A stretch of DNA of 64,000 nucleotides, taken from positions 27,299,339-27,363,338 of the forward strand of contig NC_092652.1 in the NCBI RefSeq assembly GCF_032118995.1, given 5' to 3'. The DNA is from Asterias amurensis. Lineage: Eukaryota. The translations under genes were made by a program, and so were the position numbers. Numbering within the stretch: the stretch's first letter is position 1; each line of letters starts with the position of its first letter. The notes below the pieces were generated by a model that did no database searches, was not told where the DNA came from, and saw only the letters and a list, made by a program, of their open reading frames with translations. Below, piece after piece: positions 1 through 11,600 of the stretch.

Positions 1-2115
1 CGGCGGGGTTGAGTCCTCTGCTTGCGTAAGCGATGACTCTCTCTGTTCCATTTTGGACTTGGCTGAGGACAGCTCCGAGCCCTACTCCTGATGCATCGGT
101 CTGGAGTATAAACGGGAGTGAATAGTCGGCGTAGGCGAGGATCGGTGGAGATGTCAAGTACTGCTTTAACATGTCCATCGCGTTCTGACACTCTTCTGTC
201 CAGATGAAAGGTGGGGTTACAGATGGAGAGGTGTTTTTGGTATTCTTCTTCTTTCGTCTTGGGTCACCAGCAGTGAGCTTGTAGAGAGGTGAGACAACGT
301 GTGAGTATCCTTTAATAAATCTTCTATAGTAGCCAGTGAAGCCGAGGAAGCGTTGTAGTTCCTTGCGATTAGTGGGGGTTGGCCAGTGCTCTACTTGTTG
401 CGTCTTCTCTGGATCAGTACTAATGCCTTTGTTCGAAACGATGTGTCCGAGGTATCTAACTTCTTCTTGGAGGAGGTTACACTTGGACGGCTTCAGTTTC
501 AGACCGTGTTGCCTCAAACAGGAGAACACTTTAGAGAGGCGGTCGAGATGGTCTTCGAAGTTGGCAGAGAATATGATGATGTCATCGAGGTAGAGAAGAC
601 ACGTGACGTAGTTTTGCTCTCCGAGACAAGTCATCATCAGACGTTGGAATGTAGCTGGGGCATTTGCTAAGCCGAAGGGCATCCGATTACATTCAAATAG
701 TCCCATGGGGGTAGTGAACGCTGTCTTAGGTATGTCTTCGTCTTCCATTTGAACCTGCCAGTAGCCTGATGTGAGATCTAGAGTGGTGAAGAGTTGAGCA
801 TTTCCAAGAGCGTCCAGTGCTTCATCGATGCGAGGGAGAGGATATGCATCACGTACAGTTTTGCTGTTCAGGCGACGATAGTCAATACATATCCGCAGTG
901 AACCATCCTTCTTATGGGCTATCACTATCGGTGAGGCGAATGGACTGTTACTTCTGCGGATGACACCTGCTTCTTCCATGGCCTTGAGATGATCTTTGAC
1001 AGCTTGGTATTGTGAAGGAGGAATTCGGCGGTGAGGAAGTCGAAAGGGTTGATTGTCTATGAGTGGGATGGAGTGCTTCATCGTCGACGTACATCCAAAG
1101 TCCAGGGGACTGGATGAGAATACGTCAGAGTAATTCTGAAGGAGACTCTCTAGCTGCTGCTTTTGTGACTCGCTGTCTAACTTCGCTTTGGATAGGTCAA
1201 CAAGTGGTGTATGTTTAACATCTCCTGGACTTTCATGGACTTGGCTCAGCTGATAAGAAGGAGAAACATCTTCGTCTTCCTGTCTAGCTTGTAACGTTTC
1301 GTAGTCTTCATTGAGTGGTAGATCATCAATGCGCTGGATGTATGCTAGCTGTGCGAGTTTGCAGTTGCGTTTGATGGTTATGGGCTTGGCGGAGATGTTG
1401 CAAAGTCTCACGGGTACTTGGCAGTTAGATTCAACATCTGTGACCAGGTTGCTAACTTTTAAAGATGAAGAGCTTCGAGGAAAGTTTTCAACTACTGCAG
1501 TGTACGGACCTTTGCCAGGGGGTGCCTGACAAATGATGTCTACTTCTTGGCCTGCTGGTATCACTCGGGGGTATCGGCCGATGTACCTAGCGTAGCCGAT
1601 GGTACCGTCGCTGTGGCTACCAGGTTCTGAAGCAGAAATACTGTTGAAGGCTGCATACCATGCAGAGCTCTTCGGAGGCAGGAACTTATTACTCTTTGTC
1701 ACTTGATGGTCTCTCTTCACTGCTCTGATGACATTAGTACCAATGAGGACTGGAACGTTTCTACGGTAACTGTCTGCTTGTACAACAAATGTAGGAACAT
1801 CCTTGTAGACGACGTCCATTATAGTGATGGTTAAAGGGATGACACCTCGGTGAGGAACGCTGTGCCCACTAGCACTTTCGATGGAGACTTCTGAAGGAGA
1901 AATTTCCATGTTCTGGAGCTCAGGGTTTTGCCTCAAGATATCTTCCGTTATCGACGTGATCTGGGAGCCAGAGTCTATTAGGGCAGTGTAGTTCACACCA
2001 TTAACGTTGACGACGTCTTCGTTTGTTGGACCGATCAATTGCTGGTGATGGAGAGGTATGTTACCACCGTGGCATATTGAAGACAGACGTGGTGCAGTGT
2101 TTGAAGGAGAACTTA
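1..2115 (-). CDS. retrotransposon Pol (protease-RT-RNaseH), partial; runs off window; other frame than gag
   Basis: Manual minus-strand translation is free of stops through PR (..YTALIDSGSQITSI..), RT (..MPFGLANAPATFQRLMMTCLGEQNYVTCLLYLDDIIIFSANFEDHL..) and the start of RNase H (..FILQTDASGVGLGAVLSQ..). Confidence 0.8.
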
Positions 2116-3504
2116 CTACTGGGCTCGCTGATTCCCGGCCTCTGACGGCTTGCCCATTGGCCGTGGGCCGTTGGAGTTTAAAGGGGCACTTCTGCATCCT
2201 TTGGCAATATGACCTTCATTGCCGCATCTGTGGCAGTAGAACACTCGTTGACCAGAGGCATGTTGGTCTGTTCTTGGTTGCTGAGGTCCACGTGGAGTTT
2301 GATGAGAGATATGATCTACCCTCAGAGCTAGTTGATGGACAGTGGCGAGAAGTTCTTGTAACACATCATGATCGGTAGTTGGTTTGGGGCTCTTGACATC
2401 TGGCACTTTCGGTGAGGATTGCTGATATGGAGGACGAATCTGCTGCAATTGTTGAGCTTGAAGCTTGGTTCCTGTCTTTGCAGCTGCTGCAATCCTAGAC
2501 TCTCGTTCCAGTTGACGAAGTTCAATTTGAAGTTCCCGAAACGTCATATCTCTGGGCTTCATCGGTGCGAGTCTCTGTGTAACTTTCTCGTCTTTGACGC
2601 CTCTCATAAATTGTTGCGTCAGCATACTGTTTCTATTAGGAAAAGGGCGACTTAGGGTTGACTTTTCCTCTATGGTTCTCAGCGTTGCCTCTAGTTCGAC
2701 GGCGTAGATGCTCGGTAGTTCGGTGGGATGTTTCACACGCTCATAGAAGCTGGCTAATGGATCACCAGTCAGGAATACATCTCCGAACTGTGCTTTGAGT
2801 TCTGCAAAGGCGTGGCTTGGGGTCTGATGTGTTGGATGGAGATTGAGTACAAGTTTTCTTGCAGCGCCACCAAGATATCTCACGATGGTAGAAAACTGGA
2901 TTTCTTCAGGCATCGAAGTAGTTTCGATGAGATAATTCACGTCTCGGACCCAATCTTCAATGGCGATTGTTGCACCTTGGTCACGCCCTGTAAACATAGG
3001 TACACTTTTCACTTGATGTGATGGAAGTAAACGGTGATGAGATGAAAGCGTAGTGGAGTTGCGGTCAGGTAGGTGGTGATTCTGAGGTGTGAGAACTGGA
3101 TAGTCGGTTGAAGAAGAACCTTGCCTCGGCGCTTGGCTAGACCTCAAAGGATAGTCATTTGAAGAAGACCCTTGCCTTGGCAATGTGGTAGACATCATTG
3201 GAGTTGACCGTTGTGCATGAGTACCTGGAACTGATTGATGCAGTGAGCCTCGGGATAGTCTTCGCTCGATGTTTCCCAGTTGCGAAAGCATGCGATCGGT
3301 TGTTTGCTGGATGTCGCCTAGTTCTTCTTGGAAGGGAGAGGTATGTTGAGGTCTGTTCGGAAGAGTTCGACGAGATGATCTGTGACCAAATGCTGCTGTG
3401 GACGATGGGAATTCTTCCTCGTCAGACATGCTTCCAAGAACACAGTCCAAAGATAAAATACAGAGTGACAAAGTATGCAAAAGAACACAATTCAAAAGTA
3501 TCAA
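2116..3504 (-). CDS. retrotransposon Gag polyprotein with CCHC zinc knuckle
   Basis: 462-aa ORF in the track. C-terminal CHRCGNEGHIAKGC zinc-knuckle motif; basic/Pro-rich upstream region. Confidence 0.85.
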   Translation of the reverse strand: MILLNCVLLHTLSLCILSLDCVLGSMSDEEEFPSSTAAFGHRSSRRTLPNRPQHTSPFQEELGDIQQTTDRMLSQLGNIERRLSRGSLHQSVPGTHAQRSTPMMSTTLPRQGSSSNDYPLRSSQAPRQGSSSTDYPVLTPQNHHLPDRNSTTLSSHHRLLPSHQVKSVPMFTGRDQGATIAIEDWVRDVNYLIETTSMPEEIQFSTIVRYLGGAARKLVLNLHPTHQTPSHAFAELKAQFGDVFLTGDPLASFYERVKHPTELPSIYAVELEATLRTIEEKSTLSRPFPNRNSMLTQQFMRGVKDEKVTQRLAPMKPRDMTFRELQIELRQLERESRIAAAAKTGTKLQAQQLQQIRPPYQQSSPKVPDVKSPKPTTDHDVLQELLATVHQLALRVDHISHQTPRGPQQPRTDQHASGQRVFYCHRCGNEGHIAKGCRSAPLNSNGPRPMGKPSEAGNQRAQ

Positions 3505-4399
3505 AAATGGTCATCAATGCAATACCTTCACAAAATGTAAAATGGCTGTCAGAAAAAATGATAATATCAATCCAACTGAAGCAATCATGAAATGCAATCA
3601 ATGTAACCAATGCAAAAACAAATCAGCAATAGCAAAATATAATCTTTGAATGCAAATTGGAACACATCAATATTCAGAAGAAGAAAAAATTCTGTACGCA
3701 ATTGAAGTACCAGAAACAATGGAATTTTCGTGCGACAATTCTGAAGGAAATGACTTCAATTATCTCTACCCAATTGAGGTAATAAAGAGAAACTTTCACA
3801 CAGCTGGACAATCAAAATGTCTCAAATACAATACAAAAGAATTTACAGGTGTTCTTTTACACCCCAGGAATTTAGCATCGCCAAAGGCAAACAACAATGT
3901 ATGGATTAAAGTTCTTTTCAGCTGAATGAGAACTTTAAGTACCTACTCCCATTAAGTGGACACCTGTCTAAATGCCAGACAAGATTAATGACTCCTAACA
4001 ATACCAACAATACCAAATCCGAATCCAAAATACAATTGAGACTTGATTCAATCAAATTCCAATAATGTCAATGTTCATAATGGGAATTGTTCATCAGCTG
4101 CTTGTCTGGTGGTAACAACCGAACGCACTCTTAATCGGCACAGTGGAAGAGTACAAAGGAGGTCTTTAGTCCGTGTGACAATGCTATTGTGTTTATTGTC
4201 CTGATGATGGTGCTTTCCCGATCGTATGAGTTTAAACAACTATGAGTTTGTCCAAAATGGAGGCGATCGAATTCTTTGCGAGAGTTCGTGAAATCTGCAA
4301 ATTTTTATTATTGGCAAAATGTTCAAGAACACCGCGATAAACTTGTTCTTGATGTTGGCGAAAATGTTCAACAGTTCCGATCGTGAAGAAAAAACATCC

Positions 4400-4740
4400 G
4401 GCACTCAGGGGCGTTGAAGAGGCTGGATAAGGTTGCTCAATCACGGGTGATCCAAGTCCGATGGTAAGGATACGGCGGTCCAAAATTCTTCACGTCTGGA
4501 GTGTTGAGGGTCTCTCCGATCCGCGGGGCAGGGTTCAGGGGGGAAGGCCGCTCTGCCCGCTGGAACCCGGCTGTCCTGGCTGGGGATGCCTTCAACGTCT
4601 TGATGGGGTAATCTGTACCGGTCACAAGATTGACGGGTATAATGTACTCTGACGATCAAGTGATGCTTGATGCCGTCGTCGATATGCCCGTACCCGGATT
4701 CTCCACCAAATGTGACCCTTGGAATAAGTACGGGCATGAA
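4400..4740 (-). other. GC-rich island with decayed coding fragments (three minus-strand frames), inside the retrotransposon leader region
   Basis: Sharp rise in GC content relative to AT-rich flanks. Overlapping minus ORFs (4232-4483, 4437-4625, 4441-4737) read like one frameshifted protein fragment (..RVTFGGESGYGHIDDGIKHHLIV..). Identity unknown. Confidence 0.35.
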
Positions 4741-4793
4741 ACGGCAAGTCTGATCATATAGTAGCTCTTTAGTTTTATTGAGATCTGTAAACG

Positions 4794-5355
4794 GTGAATC
4801 TGTTGGGTGAAGACACGCAAAGACGTCAGTTAAGGTCTTCGGCCCAAAACAGAATGCTCATACAAAATATACAATAATAATTACATAAACTAAACTTTAA
4901 AAGAATAAACAATGAAACGATAAAACAATACTCGCGGTTCGCGCCAAAATTAAGGACGCGACCGCCATCTTGGATTTAAGGCAAATTAACGGTGAAATGC
5001 AATATAAACAGGTTATTTCCAATCCCAGAAGCAATGATAAAATAAACTAAAGGATCTCCAAAATGTTACATTCAGTAACACTGCTAAGATTATTAGGAAA
5101 GGCTCTAGAGGTAATAAATATATCTAAACACCGCAAATCAATAAATAGCTAGCGTGATGTTGCAAAAGCAACCAGATATCCACTAAAGTCAACAACATTC
5201 TATAAACAAATTGAGACTTGAGGATAGTGCTTATTACATACTATTTAATCTAAGTAGTAATTAGGAAAACATTTAAATGCAAAATATAACAAGATCTTTA
5301 CCTGTTGGGTGAAGACACGCAAAGACGTCAGTTAAGGTCTTCGGCCCAAAACAGA
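4794..5355. repeat. pair of ~55-bp direct repeats (4794-4860 and 5298-5355) flanking a 440-bp AT-rich spacer
   Basis: Near-identical copies of tgttgggtgaagacacgcaaagacgtcagttaaggtcttcggcccaaaacagaatgctc seen directly. Confidence 0.6.
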
Positions 5356-6320
5356 ATGCTCTTGAACCGGAAAGCAGCCCGCAGAGGGCGCTAGCCATGC
5401 AAGTAAAGCAAATGATTACGTAACATAAAAATAAACGTAGGGGGGGGGGGTTGCATCGCACCCGTGACACTTATACAAACCACTCTCACCATTCCAATGT
5501 GCTGAGCCTTCAGCCATCCACACACATGGTGTCTGGTCACACCCAAATAGCCAACTCACCCTAGCCTTAGCTTTCACTGGCCAGGGCTGGAAAACTAAGA
5601 ACTAGGAATGTCATTGTATAGAAAGTCTTTCTTCTTGACCATGCTGCTAAACAAAGAGAGCTGGACTGAATGGGTGTTACCCAAAGGAATGTAGTCCTAC
5701 TGGATGTGAACTGATAAAACTCAAATGAATGTGTTAATCTCTTCTTCACAAGTCACTGACTTGTGAAGGGTGAACCCTGGACCAAACTACAAATAAAAAG
5801 GGGAATTTTCACGGCAGGGTTTGTGGTAACACAATGTACATGAAATATCTCTCCATGAGATGTTGTGGTTCTGAAAAGAACTGGTGATGATACACAACTC
5901 TGTGTTTCAATGAGCATGTTCAACTGTTCTTTGATGTTCATGAAATTATACTTTCAATTAAAACAATTTGTCTTTTAAATAATTAACCTTTTTTAAAATT
6001 AATTAAACAAAAATACATCAATTATTTCAAAGCACATTCCTTACAACAAAACTTAACCATTCAATTAGATTTCCCAGGCAAATTTGTTGCAAATTTCATA
6101 TCATATAAATAAATAAAAATAAAAGAAAAAATGAGGGTGTAAATCCGTATTTGTAATCATGTTGCAAATCCTAATTCCCACAATAAATAATTAAGTGAAG
6201 GGTGTAAAATTTGTTAAATATCAGTTCTATATTTGAATATAACCTGACGATGTGATATCTAGAGTTGAGTTTTGGTAGAGTCACATGAAACACTAATTAT
6301 GACTACTATGCTCTCCATCA

Positions 6321-6533
6321 GGTGCCAAAGATTTAATTGATCATCTATTGGTAGTCAGTCGAAGGAAACGCTATACGGCAAAACAAGTCATGAAACATCC
6401 ATGGATCACCAGCGGAGGAGGAAAGCTTAAAGAAGCGCTCCCCAATCTACAGAGAGAGGTTTCCATGAATCTGGAAAAGAACTTTGAAGGCAGGAAGAGT
6501 GGAAGGCGTAAAGGAGGAGGAGGGGTTCGATAG
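6321..6533 (+). CDS. terminal coding exon of a CaMKI/DCLK-like Ser/Thr protein kinase (kinase subdomain XI plus start of regulatory tail)
   Basis: Acceptor ctctccatcag|GTGCC. Encodes GAKDLIDHLLVVSRRKRYTAKQVMKHPWITSGGGKLKEALPNLQREVSMNLEKNFEGRKS.., resembling CaMKI [49 protein letters not shown]. In-frame stop at 6531-6533. The 3' end (stop versus a possible GC|GTAAAG donor near 6510) is not resolved. Confidence 0.55.
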   Translation, partial: GAKDLIDHLLVVSRRKRYTAKQVMKHPWITSGGGKLKEALPNLQREVSMNLEKNFEGRKSGRRKGGGGVR

Positions 6534-9485
6534 AAGAGTGGGGGAGGGAGGGGGATCCGTCTTGTACCTCAAGCTGGACATCTTCAGAGCCTAACTTCAT
6601 GGCTGTGCTGACCGCCGAATTCTGCACTTACAATCACTGTTCTCGCTTACTATGCAAGGGCCAAATTTCTGCGCTAGCTGTGTAAGCCTAGTAACGTGGA
6701 GTACCCACACACAAGCAGAATAAACTCCTGCTAGCCTGTAAATTACACTTGACGTAAGTGCGGAATTCCATGCTTCCACAAGCGCCGATTCCTTTCTATG
6801 AAATTGGTGCCTGTAGGGTAGAGTGGAACAGGCTCAATAGAAAAAAGCTAAGTCAAGAAAGTAAAGTTAATGGTGGTAGTTCTTCAAATCCATTTATACT
6901 TAAAGCAGTTTTGTAATCACAAAGGCACACTAGTACTTAATAATACATGTATTCAATTAAAGTTTGCATATGGGTTAAACCAAAATGAATATACGCAATA
7001 ATAGTTTTACAAAATATAAAACCAAAGGGGAAATCCACTGCCTTCCATGGTAAATAACCAATGCCAAATGTAAAATTGATTCATTCATGCCAACCTCTGC
7101 AAATGAAGTACACTCTATGGTAGAGTAGAATCTTATGACAGCTAGTGTTAAATATTCAGCCCAGTATGGTAAGCCTTAGTCTTATTGCTGTCTGGTTCCC
7201 TGTTCACCCACTAGTACTGATCCTCAGTGTATATCAGGAGCCTGACTATTTTCTCATGTGTGATCATTCCATCCTTATATAAAAATTTTGAGTTTTTATA
7301 CGTATTCGTCAAGGTTAGAAGTTCAAATATGACACAAAAAGAACATATTTGTTCCTTCAGGGTAAATCTTAACAGTTAGGTGATGATATTGATAGGTATG
7401 CCACTGAAATTAGCGACGGCATGAATAGTAAGGGGGAGACGTTGACCAATAGCACTAGATAAGAAGACGTTTGCCAAAGATATACAGATAGAAACTTCTA
7501 CAGATTTCAAATGTTTTTTTCTGGTGATGTTGTATTTTGTATTTTCACTTCCCTGTTATAATCTTCCACATTGCACCTTGGTGGTTGTAATTGTACAAAA
7601 TGCAAATGTTAGGGTTGTATTCCGTATTTGTGGTGTTTTTATTTTACACTTAAATTTGTCGATGAAATTAAACAGTCTTCCACAACATTCCAAATTTGCT
7701 TTAAGTCATGGTGTTCTTGTGGCATGTTTTCATGATGTCCAAAATTTGAAAATTTTGTTTTGATCAGCCAAATTAATAGATGCATCTTTTCATGTTGATA
7801 CTTTTGAATTAATAACAAATACTTCAAAGTTTACCAAAAATACTTTAACAAACATTGTTTGTATCATTTAGTCTTTTATGACTTAAAAGGAAATATTCCG
7901 TAGAAATCTTCGCTTCAAGTCTATGGAAATGCTTTGCCCGACAACTTTTCATAAACAAACAAATTATATTTAAACTTCATTTTTTGAATTATAAATTATT
8001 GTATTAAATGTAAATTTCAAACCAGTGAACCGCTTTAGTTTCCAAAAAAATATATTTATAAATGTAAATATATTATTTGCTAAAGGACAACCGGGTTAAA
8101 ATATAGTTTTGACAAAAGTAATTTCTCAAGTACAAACTACTTATATAATAGTTTACTGTTTTGCTGCAGATAGTCATGTTCATGTATAATATTATTTATG
8201 TCCATTGTAGATTTCTTGTTATTTTCTTCAATTCCAATAGTAAGAAATTAAGAGATAGTTAATACTTTTTATAAAGGTCAGCACAAGTCACCATGTCATC
8301 CTTTGAGCTTAACTGCCACACTTTATGTTGAGAATATCACAAACCACTGCAATGTAGAATGTACAGACAGCAATGTTGCTATGGCAAATGTGATGTCACA
8401 TATAAAGCATCCAATCACAGAGGAGTCTAGTCCTTGAGATATATGTGATGTTATGGCAACATTTGATTCAATCTTTGGGGTCTAACAAATAGAGTTCGGT
8501 TTGGATAATTACAAATGTCAAATAAATCACTATGGTTTAATTTTTGTAATTTTTGAAGGCGTTCTGCACACGACAGTTTATATGGAAGCAACTTCAATGT
8601 TTCACATTTTAAAAATTTTAAATATGCAAAGTGTGTTTTTATAAATAGTGGACGTAGCCTGTACCTTGTCAAGTGTAGGCATTTTGTAGTTTACTTTTTA
8701 AAGCTTTTCTGAAGCAAAAACCTTGCAAAAAGATTGATCAAGATGAAGAGGTCTTCAAGAAGTCTGGCTACAAATTCACATTTCTGAGGAAAATATCTTT
8801 TATTTTGGCGTGTATGTTACCCTTACATGTACACTATAACCTACTAAAAGAAACACAGTACATAATGTAATTAACAAAATCAGAATTTGTAAGTATATAC
8901 CCAGTGTACATATTTTTCTTCTGAACAAAACTTAGCATGCATGATATGTAAGAAATAAAACTATTACAAGTACAGAAGACAATGAGTAAAAAATTGTGTC
9001 TGTTTTTTTGGTACAATCAACTTGAACAAGTGACAGAAACTAAATGCTTGGCTAGGAAAACCTCTCTAAACTCGAATTGAACACCTACCTTACCCTCAAC
9101 TCTCCTGAATCCCAAAACTATCCCTTGCCTGACCCCAAATCTAACCCTGTCCCTTTCCTTAATCGTAACAGACCAAACTTTATGACATTTCTATTTTAAA
9201 TCTTATCAATGTTATGTACTCCATCCTACAATCTAGATTGTTTGAAGAGGAATATCAATTCCTACTTCCTGCTCACCCCGAGTTATTTTCATCTTTAAAA
9301 TTATTCTTACCAAGAGTTGCTTTAAGCCTTATTTGGGGCAAGTTTGCATAAAATTGGAAAAAGAAAAAAAAAACTGTGATGAAATCGTCTTAAATGAATA
9401 CAATAAGCCTAAAGTATCTTTACTGTCGGGAACTAGCATAATTAACTACATCTCTATCCTGAAAAAATAACAAAATACTTTGAAT

Positions 9486-9790
9486 ATCAATATAAACCAC
9501 AAGGGAAACTGACTGGGTAAATTGAAATGATTTTTGGGGTTGAACAAAGGTGATCCCCTGGCTGCCGCTTCCCAGATTGTATCGTAATTTGGGTGTGATC
9601 CCTGGCTACACGGCAGAATGGTTGAATGGCTTCTGACTGGCACCCCGAACAAAGATATTGACAACATAGGGACACTGCCATATAGGACTAGATAGCTCAG
9701 TTGGTAGAGCGCCGGCACGTTAATCTGGTTGTCGTTGGTTCGAATCCCACTCTAGTCAATTCTTTGTTCACCCCCAAAATACTTTGAAAT
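9486..9790 (+). mobile_element. tRNA-Asn(GTT)-derived SINE, inverted dimer (left unit truncated to its tail, right unit with complete tRNA-like head)
   Basis: tRNA-like 9686-9758: acceptor GACTAGA/TCTAGTC, D-arm GCTC-AGTTGGTA-GAGC, anticodon loop ACGTTAA, T-arm GGTTCGAATCC. Shared non-tRNA tail TCTTTGTTCACCCC, and its reverse complement GGGGTTGAACAAAG at 9521-9540. The central 140 bp is inverted relative to the copy at 26505-26830. Confidence 0.7.
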
Positions 9791-10390
9791 TACGATCCAA
9801 TGAGAGGGGTTGTGTATAGGCAGTTTGTATAAACATATATTGAAAGAGCGTCTACAGTTACACTGTTAACTAATGGAGGTTTATGTACAAAAATAAACTA
9901 CTTTCTGGAGGTCATATACTTTTAGTGTACATTGTGATAAATGTTTCTAGTTTTGAAATGGCATTTCTTACCGCCAACTTCTGTGCTTACTGCCCGAAGA
10001 ATCACGCCCTCAGGGTATCGTAAGAGCAGAATTGGGTGGTAAGTAGCGCCATCTTTGTTTTGGCTTTGAGCTGCATCAGCGTTCTAACATTCCTATGCAG
10101 CTAAGAGGTTCAACAACATGCAAGGAATTTGATAAAACTCCTTCCATCGCACACACCATAAAAATTATATAAAAACAAACTGTGAGTTACAAAAATAATA
10201 ATCACAAATCATAGCTTGTTAAGATGCCCTTCAACTTAACGATAATAATATAAATTTAATGTATAAATTTATCATCTTGATGTAATGGTTTTTAAAGTTC
10301 TATCAATCATAACAGTTTCAAAAGATTAACCGTGAAATATAAATAATACAGTTGCTAATATAGCAAACTAAAACTCACAGGCTCAATAAC

Positions 10391-10600
10391 CAGTCATCAA
10401 TTAAGCCAGCCAACAGTTAAACCGGTCAACTATTAAACCAGTCAACTGTTATTAGCAGCCAAACATTAAACTAGTCACCTGTTAAACCAGTCAACAACTT
10501 AACCAGTCAACAGTTTAACCAGTCAACAGTTAAACCAGTCAACTGTTAAACCAGTCGGCAGTCAACCAGTCGGTAGTTAAACCGGTAAACAGTTAAACAA
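10391..10600. repeat. minisatellite, ~16-bp unit (AACCAGTCAACAGTTA)n, about 13 degenerate copies
   Basis: Tandem units visible directly. Confidence 0.85.
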
Positions 10601-10782
10601 TATTTGTGTAATTTTATCAGATTTAGTATCAGATTTGTCAGCAATCGATTCGTCCTAATTTGGACATGCTTATCAAAACTTATTTATTCCCAATTTGAGA
10701 TCAAACAAAAACATTTAATTATTAACTGGGAACCGTCTGAAAAACCGGCCACCCCTAACTAACAGAGTATTTTGAACTCATG

Positions 10783-10893
10783 CTAGCTTTTTCATCTGTT
10801 TTGAAAAATGTATTACAAATTTTCTTTACTTTTCCTAGCTTTTTCATCTGTTTTGAAAAATGTATTACAAATTTTCTTTACTTTTCCCCAAAA
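10783..10893. repeat. tandem duplication of a ~54-bp unit
   Basis: ctagctttttcatctgttttgaaaaatgtattacaaattttctttacttttcc occurs twice back to back. Confidence 0.85.
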
Positions 10894-11159
10894 ATTATTT
10901 TGAACAGATTTACAACTTAATATCACACAGCAAGATAACAGAGATGTAAAACATTTTTCAGATTTGTGTACAATTTGAACTGATTTGTGGAGATTTGTAA
11001 AGAACTTAATTCAACTCGTGAAGTTCTAACAAAACCATATATTTGACATTCTGGATTGTATTCTTTTTAAACATTTAGTCAAAGAGTTGTGTCCAACAAG
11101 TCTCTCTTCTCTAAAATACTGATATCTCGGAGCTTTGTAAGTGCCATGTAACTTTTTGA

Positions 11160-11600
11160 AATTGTGGGATAATTTACTGCAGTTAGATGAAGACATCCTG
11201 AGAAAATTGAACTTGGGATGACGCAGTCTTGAATGTCTTGAGAATTGAGATCAATTTTCTCAGGATGTCATCATCTAACTGCAGTAAATTGATCTTGGGA
11301 TGATGACGTCTTGAGAATGTTTTCTTCCCAAAGATAATTTATCTTGGGTTCTTGACATCTTCAGGATGATTGTTACAATCCCATAATGGATTATCTCGGG
11401 AAGTAGATGTCTTACGCTCAGGAAGACAACATCCTGATATAATAATATTGGAAAGTAATCATCTTACTTCATGATGTCAACATCCTTATATAAAATATAT
11501 CGGAAAGATGTCATCTTACTTTAGGATGTTGTCATCTTGAGATATACCATCTCAGGATGTCGTCATCTTTCGTTTTTGATGTTACCATCTTCAAGGAAAT
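11160..11600. repeat. cluster of short inverted and tandem repeats built on a CATCTTGAGA / TCAGGATG motif
   Basis: Inverted pair ctgcagttagatgaagacatcctgagaaaatt (11181-11212) versus aattttctcaggatgtcatcatctaactgcag (11257-11288). At least 8 further GATGTCATCTT-like units follow. Possibly a decayed MITE. Confidence 0.6.

Larger units (their letters stand above)
1..3504 (-). mobile_element. Ty3/Gypsy-type LTR retrotransposon, internal gag-pol region (element continues beyond window start; LTR not delimited)
   Basis: Minus strand reads gag (CCHC knuckle) then aspartic protease (ALIDSGS), RT (MPFGLANAPATFQRLM ... LLYLDDIIIFS) and RNase H (LQTDASGVGLGAVLSQ). The order PR-RT-RH after gag is typical of Ty3/Gypsy. 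Confidence 0.85.

Noticed and set aside
336-670. Plus-strand ORFs of 85-94 aa near the window start (also 1311-1529, 2058-2378)
   Set aside because: They are antisense to the Gypsy pol/gag reading frames, which carry strong RT, PR and Gag motifs on the minus strand.
9686-9758. Cloverleaf-like tRNA-Asn(GTT) sequences (also 26741-26800, 56546-56617, 47120-47190) as functional tRNA genes
   Set aside because: All share a non-tRNA 3' tail (TCTTTGTTCAACCCC) and flanking family sequence. Stems are partly mismatched (C33 in the loop, degenerate acceptor or T stems). They behave as SINE heads, so they are reported as mobile elements.
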